Notes under the pieces: model-generated
Databases searched by the model: none
What the model was told of the DNA's origin: nothing
The model's input: the letters and a program-made list of their open reading frames with translations, nothing else
Program-made: the position numbers and the translations under genes
Shown: one piece after another, positions 48,029 through 56,687 of the stretch
Layout of the letters: the number at the start of each line of letters is the position of its first letter
Numbering within the stretch: the first letter of the stretch is position 1
From: Planctomycetota bacterium
GTDB taxonomy: Bacteria > Planctomycetota > B15-G4 > JADJEK01
Length of the DNA stretch: 64,000 nucleotides
Assembly: GCA_044225365.1 (NCBI GenBank)
Contig: JBGAIQ010000006.1
Location: 113,236-177,235 of the forward strand
Reading direction: 5' to 3'

Positions 48029-48865
48029 TCAGCTCTCCTTGGTGCTCCGCACGAACGCGCGGACGCGATTCATGAAGTCGACGACGTGGAACGGGCGACC
48101 GCGTACGCCGTAGAGATCGATGCCCCCCTTCACGGGATCGCGCCGCGGATCGAGCGCCTGCTTCAGGATGCGCTCCTTCGTCATCGGGTACGGCGCTTCC
48201 GTGGCCTTACCGATGGTGAAGCCCTGCGCGAACAGGAAATCGAGGAGCGCCTCCGGCTTGCAGCCCCGCAAGGCGTACGGCCAGAACTCGAGGAGCATCG
48301 CACAGTCCTTGCTCGACTCGAGCACCTTCGACATGCCCTGGAGCGCGAGCCACTCGGATCCCTGCGTGTCGATCTTGATGAACTTCACGGGACCCGAGAC
48401 GAATTCGTCGACGGGCGCGATCTGGATCTCGACTTCGGTGCCGCTCCCCATGTCCTGCGGCCGATTCCCCTCGACGACGCGATTGTCGCCGAAGTTCGAG
48501 GCTCCGATCGCGATCTTCGCACTGCCCCGCTTGTCGCCCGCGGCGACGCGATGGAGGACGCCCTTGCCCTGGAACTTCGCCATCGCGCGCTGCATGTTTC
48601 GCTCGGCGAGATCGGCGATGCCGGGCACGGGCTCGAAGGCGATCACTTCCGCCCCCGCGGCGATCGCCTGCACAGCGAACCACCCGACATTGGCGCCGAG
48701 ATCCAGCACGCGATCCCCGGGACGGATGTTGCGCCGGAACAGGAGCGTCTCGTGATCGGCCCACGAACCCTTCTCGATCGCGGGGCCGATGATGGCATCG
48801 CCGACCAGGACGTCGAACTCGATGCCGAGACTCTTCACGAAGACGGTTTTCGACGCGAACTGCAT
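48029..48865 (-). CDS. FkbM-family methyltransferase
   Basis: VLDLGANVGWF, AFEP, FIKIDTQGSE..ALQG, LEFWP. Confidence 0.9.
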   Translation of the reverse strand: MQFASKTVFVKSLGIEFDVLVGDAIIGPAIEKGSWADHETLLFRRNIRPGDRVLDLGANVGWFAVQAIAAGAEVIAFEPVPGIADLAERNMQRAMAKFQGKGVLHRVAAGDKRGSAKIAIGASNFGDNRVVEGNRPQDMGSGTEVEIQIAPVDEFVSGPVKFIKIDTQGSEWLALQGMSKVLESSKDCAMLLEFWPYALRGCKPEALLDFLFAQGFTIGKATEAPYPMTKERILKQALDPRRDPVKGGIDLYGVRGRPFHVVDFMNRVRAFVRSTKES

Positions 48866-48914
48866 TCTCTGCCTCGCATGGGAAGGATCGGCAGGATCAT
48901 AAGCAATCCAGCAC

Positions 48915-49090
48915 GGACCGCCGGGCTCCGCCCGGCTCTTTTGGAGGGGAAGGGAAAGAAGAGGAAGAAAAGAGCCAGGCAGAGCCTGGCGGTCCGATCC
49001 GGACCGCCGGGCTCCGCCCGGCTCTTCGATCGCCGAAGAGAAGGACGATGCCAGGCAGAGCCAGGCGGTCCGATTCGACCGCCTGGCGGT
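48915..49090. repeat. cluster of four alternately oriented REP-like hairpins (BIME-like)
   Basis: GGACCGCCGGGCTCCGCCCGGCTCT at 48915-48939 and 49001-49025; inverted variants at 48971-48995 and 49050-49071. Confidence 0.8.
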
Positions 49091-49161
49091 AGAAGCGAAT
49101 CTCCGCGCGGGCGGTCGGCATGGGATAGACTTCGCAATCCTCGCCGGCATTGGAGATCTGC

Positions 49162-51744
49162 ATGTGCGGAGTCATCGGATACGTGTGTGAGCGGCATCGC
49201 GACGACCTCGGAGTCGTGGCGGGCGAGCTACTGCGGCAGCTCGAGTACCGCGGATACGACTCGACCGGCGCCGCCGTGCAAGGGCGAGATCTGGACATCG
49301 CGATCGCGAAGGGCGTCGGCGCGCCGTCGGCGGTGATCGGCCCACTCGGCATCACCAAGATGAAGGGCAGCATCCTCTGCGGGCAGGTCCGATGGGCGAC
49401 GTTCGGAGCCGTCGACGAGTCGAACGCGCAACCCCACCTCATGCGGTGCAAGACGCTGTTCTACGGGGCCCACAACGGCAACGTGACGAATTGCGATGAC
49501 CTGAAGACGTGGCTCACCTCGGAAGGCCATCGCGTGCTCTCCGACAACGACGGCGAGATGGTCGTCCACACGATCGAGCACTACTTCGCGATCGAGCTCG
49601 AGAAGCTCCCCGGGTCGCGGCGCAACGATCGCGATGCGCGACGTCTCGCGATGCGCTCTGCGGTGGCGAATGGCGCGCGGCGACTTCGCGGCTCGTATGC
49701 GGCGGTCGTCGTGGATCCGACCTCGCGACGGCTGTACGCGATCAAACAAGGATCGAGCCTCTACTTCGGCATCGGGCGCGACGACGCGGGCGGCGAATTC
49801 GCGATCGCCTCGTCGGATCTCTCCGCCGTGCTGCGCGTCACGCGAGTGCTCGTCCCGCTCGCCGAGGGCGAGTACGTGGAGTTCGAGCCTGGCCATTTCC
49901 AGGTGTTCAAGCTGGGAGGCGAGGGCCCAGGAACCGCGGTGGATCGCGTTCCCGTCCGCAGTCGGCTGCGAGCGAAGGACACCGCGCTCCTACCCCGCTT
50001 CGCGACCTTCATGGAGCAGGAGATCGCGGCGCAGGAAGAGACCTGCCGCGACGTGATCCGCCTGTTCCAGGGCGGCAGCGAGGACGGTCGCGCGCTCCAC
50101 GGTTTCTTCTCGTCGCTCGCTCCAAAAGAAGCCGAAACACTCCACCTCGCGCTCGAGACCCTGCGCGGTCGAACCGACGACGAGGGCATCCGCGCGGAGA
50201 TCGATTCACTGGCGCGGTCGGACGCCATTGCGACCATCGTCTCTCGGCTCGATTCCTCGCTCGCGAGTTCACTCGGAACGACTCGTAGCGATCGCTTCGG
50301 CTCCTCGGAGGCCGGATTCTTCACGGACCTGATGTCGTTTGCGAAAGCTCCGTCCGAAGGCCTGCTCGTGCGTCTCCTCGACGCCTACGTCGAGCACGGT
50401 GAGACGGCGGAGTTCGAGGTGGCCGTCACCCGCTTCTGCCGCATGCTCTCGAAGACTCTCGATTCCGGCGGCCGCGTCTACGCTCTCTGCTGCGGCAGCT
50501 CGTATCACGCGGCGCGCGCGGCGGCGCTCTTCTTCGACGAAATCGCGGCGACGTCGATCGTCCCCGTCCTGCCTGGTGAGTTCCGCGGACAACACGCCCG
50601 ATCGGTCAAGGACGGCGATCTCGTCATCGCCGTCTCGCAGAGCGGCGAGACGAAGGACGTCATCGACGTCCTGAACGACATCGCCGCGTCGGGCAAGAGC
50701 GTCGCGTGCGTCGCGCTCGTGAACAACGTGAACTCCACCCTCGCGCAGGAGAAGTGCGACGTCCTGATCCCGCTGCGGTGCGGCGTCGAGGTCGCGGTCC
50801 CCGCGACGAAGAGCTTCATGAATCAGGTGGCGACGTTCTACTGCCTCGCCCTTCGCCTCGCGCGCTCGCGCGAGGCGACCGCGGCGGATGCTCGTGCGCG
50901 CGAGGAGAAACTCGCCCTCCTGCCAGGACTCGTGCGCGACACGTTGATGTCGACGACCGAGGCGACGGACGAAGCCGCGCAACTCCTCCACCTCGTCCCG
51001 AGCCTCCACATCCTCGCGACGAAACTCGTCGCCGTGGCGAAGGAAGGCGCCCTCAAGATCCGCGAGGTCGTGCTGAACCACACCGAAGGATTCGAGGGCT
51101 CGGAGTTCAAGCACGGGCCGAACACGATCCTCGGCGTCAACACCTTGTTCGGACCGCGCGAGGTGAACGCGCTCCTGCGCGAAGTCGCGAATCAGGCGGA
51201 GCGAATCGCGGAGAAGTCGATGGCGGCCGGCACGAGCGGCGCGGCGCTCCTTGCTCTGTTCCGAACGATCCTCGAAGCGCCGTTCACGCACGACGACTCC
51301 CAGATCGCGCTCGACGGAAACGGCCGCGCCATCGTGTCCGAGATCCTCGACCGCGACGCGATGTTCGCGCAGCTCCGCTCGGACTACCCGCTCGTCTACG
51401 TCTGTGGCCCGAACGAGCGCGATGTCGCGCTCACGGTCTCGCAGATCAACACGCACAAGATCCGTGGCTCCTGCAGCGTCATGATCGCCGAGGAGAACGC
51501 GTCGCTGCGGCAGGCGATCGAGAAAGCGCCGACCAACAATCCGAACTACCGCTCGGTCTACATCCCGCTGCCTCGCACCGGCGACACGTTGCTCACCGTG
51601 TTCTCCGCGACGATCGTGCTGCAGCGCCTCGCTCTCGGGATGAGCACATTGAAAGCGGCGTATCTCGATCGCATCGGCTTCAAGGACCACGGCGTGCACC
51701 CCGACGTGCCGAAGAACGTGAGCAAGTCGATCACGGTCGACTGA
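49162..51744 (+). CDS. glmS: glutamine--fructose-6-phosphate aminotransferase-like protein with large insertions (860 aa)
   Basis: MCG N-terminal nucleophile, EYRGYDS, RWAT, HNG, CGSSYHA, SQSGET, EGALK, EFKHGP, C-terminal PKNVSKSITVD. Confidence 0.85.
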   Translation: MCGVIGYVCERHRDDLGVVAGELLRQLEYRGYDSTGAAVQGRDLDIAIAKGVGAPSAVIGPLGITKMKGSILCGQVRWATFGAVDESNAQPHLMRCKTLFYGAHNGNVTNCDDLKTWLTSEGHRVLSDNDGEMVVHTIEHYFAIELEKLPGSRRNDRDARRLAMRSAVANGARRLRGSYAAVVVDPTSRRLYAIKQGSSLYFGIGRDDAGGEFAIASSDLSAVLRVTRVLVPLAEGEYVEFEPGHFQVFKLGGEGPGTAVDRVPVRSRLRAKDTALLPRFATFMEQEIAAQEETCRDVIRLFQGGSEDGRALHGFFSSLAPKEAETLHLALETLRGRTDDEGIRAEIDSLARSDAIATIVSRLDSSLASSLGTTRSDRFGSSEAGFFTDLMSFAKAPSEGLLVRLLDAYVEHGETAEFEVAVTRFCRMLSKTLDSGGRVYALCCGSSYHAARAAALFFDEIAATSIVPVLPGEFRGQHARSVKDGDLVIAVSQSGETKDVIDVLNDIAASGKSVACVALVNNVNSTLAQEKCDVLIPLRCGVEVAVPATKSFMNQVATFYCLALRLARSREATAADARAREEKLALLPGLVRDTLMSTTEATDEAAQLLHLVPSLHILATKLVAVAKEGALKIREVVLNHTEGFEGSEFKHGPNTILGVNTLFGPREVNALLREVANQAERIAEKSMAAGTSGAALLALFRTILEAPFTHDDSQIALDGNGRAIVSEILDRDAMFAQLRSDYPLVYVCGPNERDVALTVSQINTHKIRGSCSVMIAEENASLRQAIEKAPTNNPNYRSVYIPLPRTGDTLLTVFSATIVLQRLALGMSTLKAAYLDRIGFKDHGVHPDVPKNVSKSITVD

Positions 51745-51798
51745 ACGCGTTCGCCGTTGCGGTCGGACTTGGCATAATGGGGGAACGAGGAGGGTGCC

Positions 51799-53025
51799 AT
51801 GCTCACCAGCGCCGTATTACGATTCGTGCTCGCTCTCCAGGAAGCGCCGAAGCCCAAGCCCGTGCCGTGGCCCGCTTCTTCGATCTCGCCATGGACGAAG
51901 CAGGAGATCGGACCGGGGCCGATCACGAATCTACTGAAGGTCGTCAGTGAGGCGGGACCGATCGCGATCGAGTTCGGTTCGGACAAGGCCGCAGCCGGCG
52001 TTCGACTCGTGGACAAGCTGACGATCGAAACCGCGCCCCCTTCATGGCGCGTGTTCCTCGAGGACACGCTTCGCCATCACGGCCTCACGATCGAGCACTG
52101 CGGCCAGATCCTCGCCTTGCGTTCAGTGAACGACGAGGTCGATGGCACGGCAACGTTCGACGACCGAGTCTTCGTGCCCGTCGAATCCGTCGAACGCTTC
52201 GCGGATCTCGACCGCTCGCTCATCACGGTGTTCAAGGCGACGAAGGCGACGCCGGAACGAATCCTCGAGGAGTCGAAGGAGCGGTTTCCCGCGGGCTCGA
52301 GCCTCCGCTTGCGCGCCGTCGATGGCGCCCCAATCCTCGCCCTTTCGGGCCGCGCCGTGGAACTCGTGCCACAGATTCCCTGGATTCGCTCGGTCGCCGA
52401 CGTGGGCGAGCCTCGATCCGAAGATCCCCCGAAGGACGCGCCTCCCGGCACCGGAGACGAACTCATTCTCCAGTTCGACGAGACGGGTGGAACGCCGCTC
52501 GCCGATCTCGTGGCCTATGCGAACGAGAAAGGCAAGGTTCCCTTGCCCCTCTCCGATCCGCAGCTCGGGTCGGAGAAAAGAACGGTTCACTGGCGCCTCT
52601 CCGATCCGCAGCTCGGGTCGCGAAAGTTGCTGATGTTCGGACGGGTTCGAGTCCCCGCCGAGGCATTCCCGTCGTTCGTGGAGGACATCGCGCGAGCGAT
52701 GCGCCTTCGAGTTCGTGAGACGGAAACGGAGAGGATCCTGCTCGACGATTCCACGGGTTCGGCGGCCGAGGAGCGAGAGGCGAGTCTCGCGGATCTCGAC
52801 TCCATTCGTCATCGCCGGGCTCAATTCATGCTGCGCGTCCCGCTCGAGCATCTCGATGCGCAACGCGCCGTGAGCTTCCTTCACGCCTACTGCGGCAATG
52901 CTCGCTTCGAACGCGCGATCCCGGAGAAGGGCAGGAACGAACTACGCCTGTACGGCCCGGGTCATCTGGTTGCGAGGAACGCCGACTTGATCCGCGCATG
53001 CGATCGGCTCGCCGCCGAGAAGTGA
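51799..53025 (+). CDS. secreted protein resembling tandem secretin N-domains without a secretin barrel
   Basis: GAGGAGG RBS; signal-like N-terminus; VPLEHLDAQRAVSFL...IPEKGRNELRLYGP..LVARNADLIRACD resembles a secretin_N repeat. Confidence 0.55.
   Translation: MLTSAVLRFVLALQEAPKPKPVPWPASSISPWTKQEIGPGPITNLLKVVSEAGPIAIEFGSDKAAAGVRLVDKLTIETAPPSWRVFLEDTLRHHGLTIEHCGQILALRSVNDEVDGTATFDDRVFVPVESVERFADLDRSLITVFKATKATPERILEESKERFPAGSSLRLRAVDGAPILALSGRAVELVPQIPWIRSVADVGEPRSEDPPKDAPPGTGDELILQFDETGGTPLADLVAYANEKGKVPLPLSDPQLGSEKRTVHWRLSDPQLGSRKLLMFGRVRVPAEAFPSFVEDIARAMRLRVRETETERILLDDSTGSAAEEREASLADLDSIRHRRAQFMLRVPLEHLDAQRAVSFLHAYCGNARFERAIPEKGRNELRLYGPGHLVARNADLIRACDRLAAEK
52548..52620 (+). repeat. 25-bp exact direct repeat within a CDS
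   Basis: CCTCTCCGATCCGCAGCTCGGGTCG at 52548-52572 and 52596-52620 (48-bp period, encodes LSDPQLGS twice). Confidence 0.9.
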
Positions 53026-53164
53026 CGTCGTCAGGGCCCGTTCCGATCGCGCGCGCTACGGTCGAATTCGCGACAAGGGCGAAGCGGGACGCACCGCCGC
53101 GTTCCCTATGATCCCGCCGCATGTCGTCCGTTCGCATCGAGGCAGGCAATCAGAGAGTGCGGCC

Positions 53165-55153
53165 ATGATCTCCATCCTCACCGTGATCTCGTTGGCCGTC
53201 ACCGATCCGTTCGCGATGCGGGACACGCGCGTGCTCGACGCGCGGAAACTCCACCTCGGCAACAACACCGACAAGCGGTTCGGCGACGTGTCCGAGACGG
53301 CGCAGGGCGAGCGCTTCGAGACCGATTTCGATGCGAAGGCCAACTCGTCCGAACAGGTCCTGCTGCTCTACCAGCGCGACGTCTCCGATGCGTGGCGCGT
53401 CGAGATCAACGGCCGCGTCATCGGCTCGCTCGCGCGCGAGGCCGCGGCGTTCACGTTGCGACTTCGCGTCCCGCCGGGCACGTTGATCGACGGCAAGAAC
53501 CACCTCGTGGTCCGCCCGGAGAAGGTGAACGACGACATCATCGTCGGCGATGTGCAGCTCGACTCACGCTCGCTGAAGGAGATGCTGCAGCTCGAGACCG
53601 TCGCGATCCGCGTCACCGACAAGGCCGGCAAGCCCATCCCCGCGCGCGTCGACATCGTGCGCACTTCCGGCGCCAGGACGAAGCCCCAGCTCTACGACTT
53701 CGCGGCTCGGCTCGCGGCGCGCAATGGCGTCGTGTATTCGGGCGACGGCGCGATCGACGTCGCGATCGAGCCCGGAACCTACGAGGTCTTCGCGACCCGC
53801 GGAATGGAATGGGGCGTGGCGAAGGCGAGCTTCGAGCTCGACGGTGTCGGCGATTCGAAGCTCGTCCTCGCGATCGACCGCGAAGTCGATACGACGGGCT
53901 ACGTCGCCGCCGACACGCACGTCCACACGCTCACGTACTCCGGGCACGGCGATTCGTCCGTCGAGGAGCGGATGGTCACGCTCGCGGGCGAAGGCGTCGA
54001 ACTCGCGGTCGCGACGGATCACAACCACCACACCGACTATCGGCCGATCGAGACCTCGATGCATCTCGACGCCGAGTTCACTCCCGTGATCGGCAACGAG
54101 GTGACGACCGACATCGGGCACTTCACGGCCTTTCCCTTCGCTGCGAATTCGCCGGTGCCGAACTGGAAGCTCGGCGACTACGTGAAGCTCGTCGCCGAGA
54201 TGCGCGACAAGGGCGCGAAGGTCGTGTTCCTCAATCATCCGAGGTGGCCGTCGTACGACGCGTTCAAGGTGTTCGAGCTCGATCCGTTCACCGGGATGAT
54301 GGGAAGCAAGGCGCCGCAGTTCACCTTCGACGGCATCGAGGTGGTGAACACGAACACGCCGACGATCGACGGCCCCACGGTCCTGCGCGACTGGTTCGGC
54401 CTGTTGAACGCGGGTCATCGCCTCTTCGCCGTCGCGTCGTCCGATTCGCACACGGTCGCCTCGCCGGTCGGACTCGGCCGCACCTACGTCCTCTCCAAGA
54501 CCGACGACCCGTCGCGCATCGACATCGACGAATGCTGCGCGAACTACCACGCGGGCCGGTTCTCCGCGGCGCTCGGGATCTTCGTGACCTACACGGTGAA
54601 CGGCGAGCCCTCGAGTTCGACGATCGCAACGCACGGCGCGCCGCTCCACGTCGTGGCGCAGGTGCGCTACGCGAGCTGGATCCCGTGCAAGCGCCTCGTC
54701 GCGTATGTCGACGGCGCCGAAGTCGCACGGCAGGAATTCGACGGCTACGTCGGGAGGCAGGGCCGCGAGCTCACGTTCGACATCCCCGCTCCCCGTCACG
54801 ACGGCTGGGTCACGGTCGTCGCCGAGGGCGACGACGCTCCCTACGACTTCTGGCCGACGGGTGAGAAGTACACGCTCGGCGTCGCTCAGCCCGTCTTCCT
54901 CGATGCCGATGCGGACGGTCGCGTGGCCACGCTCATGGAGATCGCAAAGCTCGCGCTCGCGAAGGCGTCGTCCTGGAAGGACGCCATCGCAAACGTCGAC
55001 GACGGCGCCGCGATCCAGGTGCTTGCCCTCGTGCTCGCCGATGCGCCCTCGGGCGTGGAACGCGAGATCGCCACGTTTGGGGAGTCCGGAGCGGGCGGGC
55101 GGGCGTTGCTCGCTTCGTTCTTGAAGTCGCGCTTCGCCAGCCGGAAGTGGTAG
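53165..55153 (+). CDS. PHP-like (CehA/McbA-family) metallohydrolase
   Basis: DTHVHT..SGHGDS, ATDHN, GNEVT..GHF, NHPR, SSDSH. Confidence 0.85.
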   Translation: MISILTVISLAVTDPFAMRDTRVLDARKLHLGNNTDKRFGDVSETAQGERFETDFDAKANSSEQVLLLYQRDVSDAWRVEINGRVIGSLAREAAAFTLRLRVPPGTLIDGKNHLVVRPEKVNDDIIVGDVQLDSRSLKEMLQLETVAIRVTDKAGKPIPARVDIVRTSGARTKPQLYDFAARLAARNGVVYSGDGAIDVAIEPGTYEVFATRGMEWGVAKASFELDGVGDSKLVLAIDREVDTTGYVAADTHVHTLTYSGHGDSSVEERMVTLAGEGVELAVATDHNHHTDYRPIETSMHLDAEFTPVIGNEVTTDIGHFTAFPFAANSPVPNWKLGDYVKLVAEMRDKGAKVVFLNHPRWPSYDAFKVFELDPFTGMMGSKAPQFTFDGIEVVNTNTPTIDGPTVLRDWFGLLNAGHRLFAVASSDSHTVASPVGLGRTYVLSKTDDPSRIDIDECCANYHAGRFSAALGIFVTYTVNGEPSSSTIATHGAPLHVVAQVRYASWIPCKRLVAYVDGAEVARQEFDGYVGRQGRELTFDIPAPRHDGWVTVVAEGDDAPYDFWPTGEKYTLGVAQPVFLDADADGRVATLMEIAKLALAKASSWKDAIANVDDGAAIQVLALVLADAPSGVEREIATFGESGAGGRALLASFLKSRFASRKW

Positions 55154-55183
55154 TCTTTCGGGCTTGACCCCGGAGCAAGAACG

Positions 55184-56230
55184 ATGATCGAGATCCGCAC
55201 CCTTGCCAGTGCAGCGAGCGCCCTCGCCGCCGCCATCGACAGGAAGACGAACGACGCCGCGGCGATCGTCGCACCCATCGCCGACCCGACGGTGAAGGCC
55301 GCGCTCGGCGAGTTGCTCGCGACCGGCGGCAAGGCGCCGTCCCTGACTCCCGGCGGCAAGCTCGGCGACGCCACGATCGAGACTCGGCTCTCGGAAGCGA
55401 ATGCCGCTCCTTCGTACAAGCTGAAGAACGGGGATCAGGAACTCGTCGCGAAGGCGATCCCGGGGGCGACCGCGCTCGATCGCTCGCGGGCCATCCTGAC
55501 GCAGATTCGCGCCGCGGCGGCGAGCTCACCTCACGTCGCGAAGCCCATTGGATTCCACGTCGAGAATGGTTTCGCCTTCGCCGTACGCCCGTTCGTGCCG
55601 GGAGTGACGCTGGCCCGCATCATGGCGCTCCTCATGAAGGAGGAAGTGCCCCCCGACTCGCCCACCTGGCGACTCGCGGCGGGCGCGCGCGGCGGCGGAG
55701 CGAACGTCACGGGCGCAAAGATCGTCTGTCGCTTCGGACTGCACGTGGCCGAAGCGCTCGAAGCCTTGAACGCCCAACAGGCGATCCACGGCGCGATCAA
55801 GCCCGAGAACCTCGTCTGCGACGACACCGTGAAGCCCACGCTGACCGACGCGGGGATCGGCGCGCCGATCGCTCCGTACGAAGCGCCGGAAGTCCTCGCC
55901 GCGACCGATCGCGCCGCCGCCCGCAATGCACACTCCGATCTCTACGCGCTCGGCGCGCTCATGTACTTCGGTCTCACGCGCCACTCCGTCTTCGAAGGCG
56001 ACGTCGCCGCGATGGAGCGCGCCACGCAGAAGGACAAGCCGCAGAGCCCGCTGAAGTTCAATTTCAAGGCGAGCAACGAGATGTCGACGATCACGCTCGC
56101 CCTGCTCGAGAAGGATCCGAGCAAGCGCTACGCGAACGCGAAGGAACTGCGCGAGGATCTCGACCGCTACCACACGAACCTTCCGATCCAGCGGAAGGGA
56201 CCCGGCCTATTTTCCCGACTGTTCGGATGA
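55184..56230 (+). CDS. Ser/Thr protein kinase-fold protein, probable pseudokinase
   Basis: LVAK, HGAIKPEN, DAG, YEAPE, SDLYALG, LEKDPSKRY. Confidence 0.8.
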   Translation: MIEIRTLASAASALAAAIDRKTNDAAAIVAPIADPTVKAALGELLATGGKAPSLTPGGKLGDATIETRLSEANAAPSYKLKNGDQELVAKAIPGATALDRSRAILTQIRAAAASSPHVAKPIGFHVENGFAFAVRPFVPGVTLARIMALLMKEEVPPDSPTWRLAAGARGGGANVTGAKIVCRFGLHVAEALEALNAQQAIHGAIKPENLVCDDTVKPTLTDAGIGAPIAPYEAPEVLAATDRAAARNAHSDLYALGALMYFGLTRHSVFEGDVAAMERATQKDKPQSPLKFNFKASNEMSTITLALLEKDPSKRYANAKELREDLDRYHTNLPIQRKGPGLFSRLFG

Positions 56231-56530
56231 GAGCGGCGGCGGCGGGGGCATGTCCTTCTGCCGAACCTGATCCGCACCGAGCGACGACAGCCACAGTCGT
56301 GCGATGACATAGGGCAGCAGGCTGCCGACGAGGAAGGCGAGCGGCCGCACCGGCTTCCTGTAACCCGCTTTCATCAGCGTGAAGATCGCGAAGACGACGA
56401 ACAGGATCATGAACTGGAGTTCGATCGGGAAGGGCCACACCCAGAGCATGGTGGTGGCGACGATGCCTCCCGATGCGAGCCAGAGGAGGATCGACAGCGT
56501 TCGCGTCGGCGGTTTTCTATCGTCGGTCAT
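56207..56530 (-). CDS. small membrane protein
   Basis: Three hydrophobic segments; overlaps the kinase 3' end by 24 bp. Confidence 0.6.
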   Translation of the reverse strand: MTDDRKPPTRTLSILLWLASGGIVATTMLWVWPFPIELQFMILFVVFAIFTLMKAGYRKPVRPLAFLVGSLLPYVIARLWLSSLGADQVRQKDMPPPPPLSSEQSGK

Positions 56531-56687
56531 CGCGGTTTCGAGTCGACAGGGTTGCCCGGGCGCATTCAAGGGGCAAGGGCGCCAAACGGGGCGGGCATGC
56601 CGCGGCTTCCCGTCGCAGGTGACTCGGCGCGATCACGAACCTTGACACACTTGCCGATTGCTTCGGCCGTTCCTCCGCGCTTTGCTC

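Noticed and set aside
48866-49161. Possible glmS ribozyme upstream of glmS
   Set aside because: The region is occupied by REP-like repeats, and I found no glmS ribozyme core.
52548-52620. Mini-CRISPR (repeat-spacer-repeat)
   Set aside because: Only two repeats, in frame inside a CDS, with no cas genes or leader.
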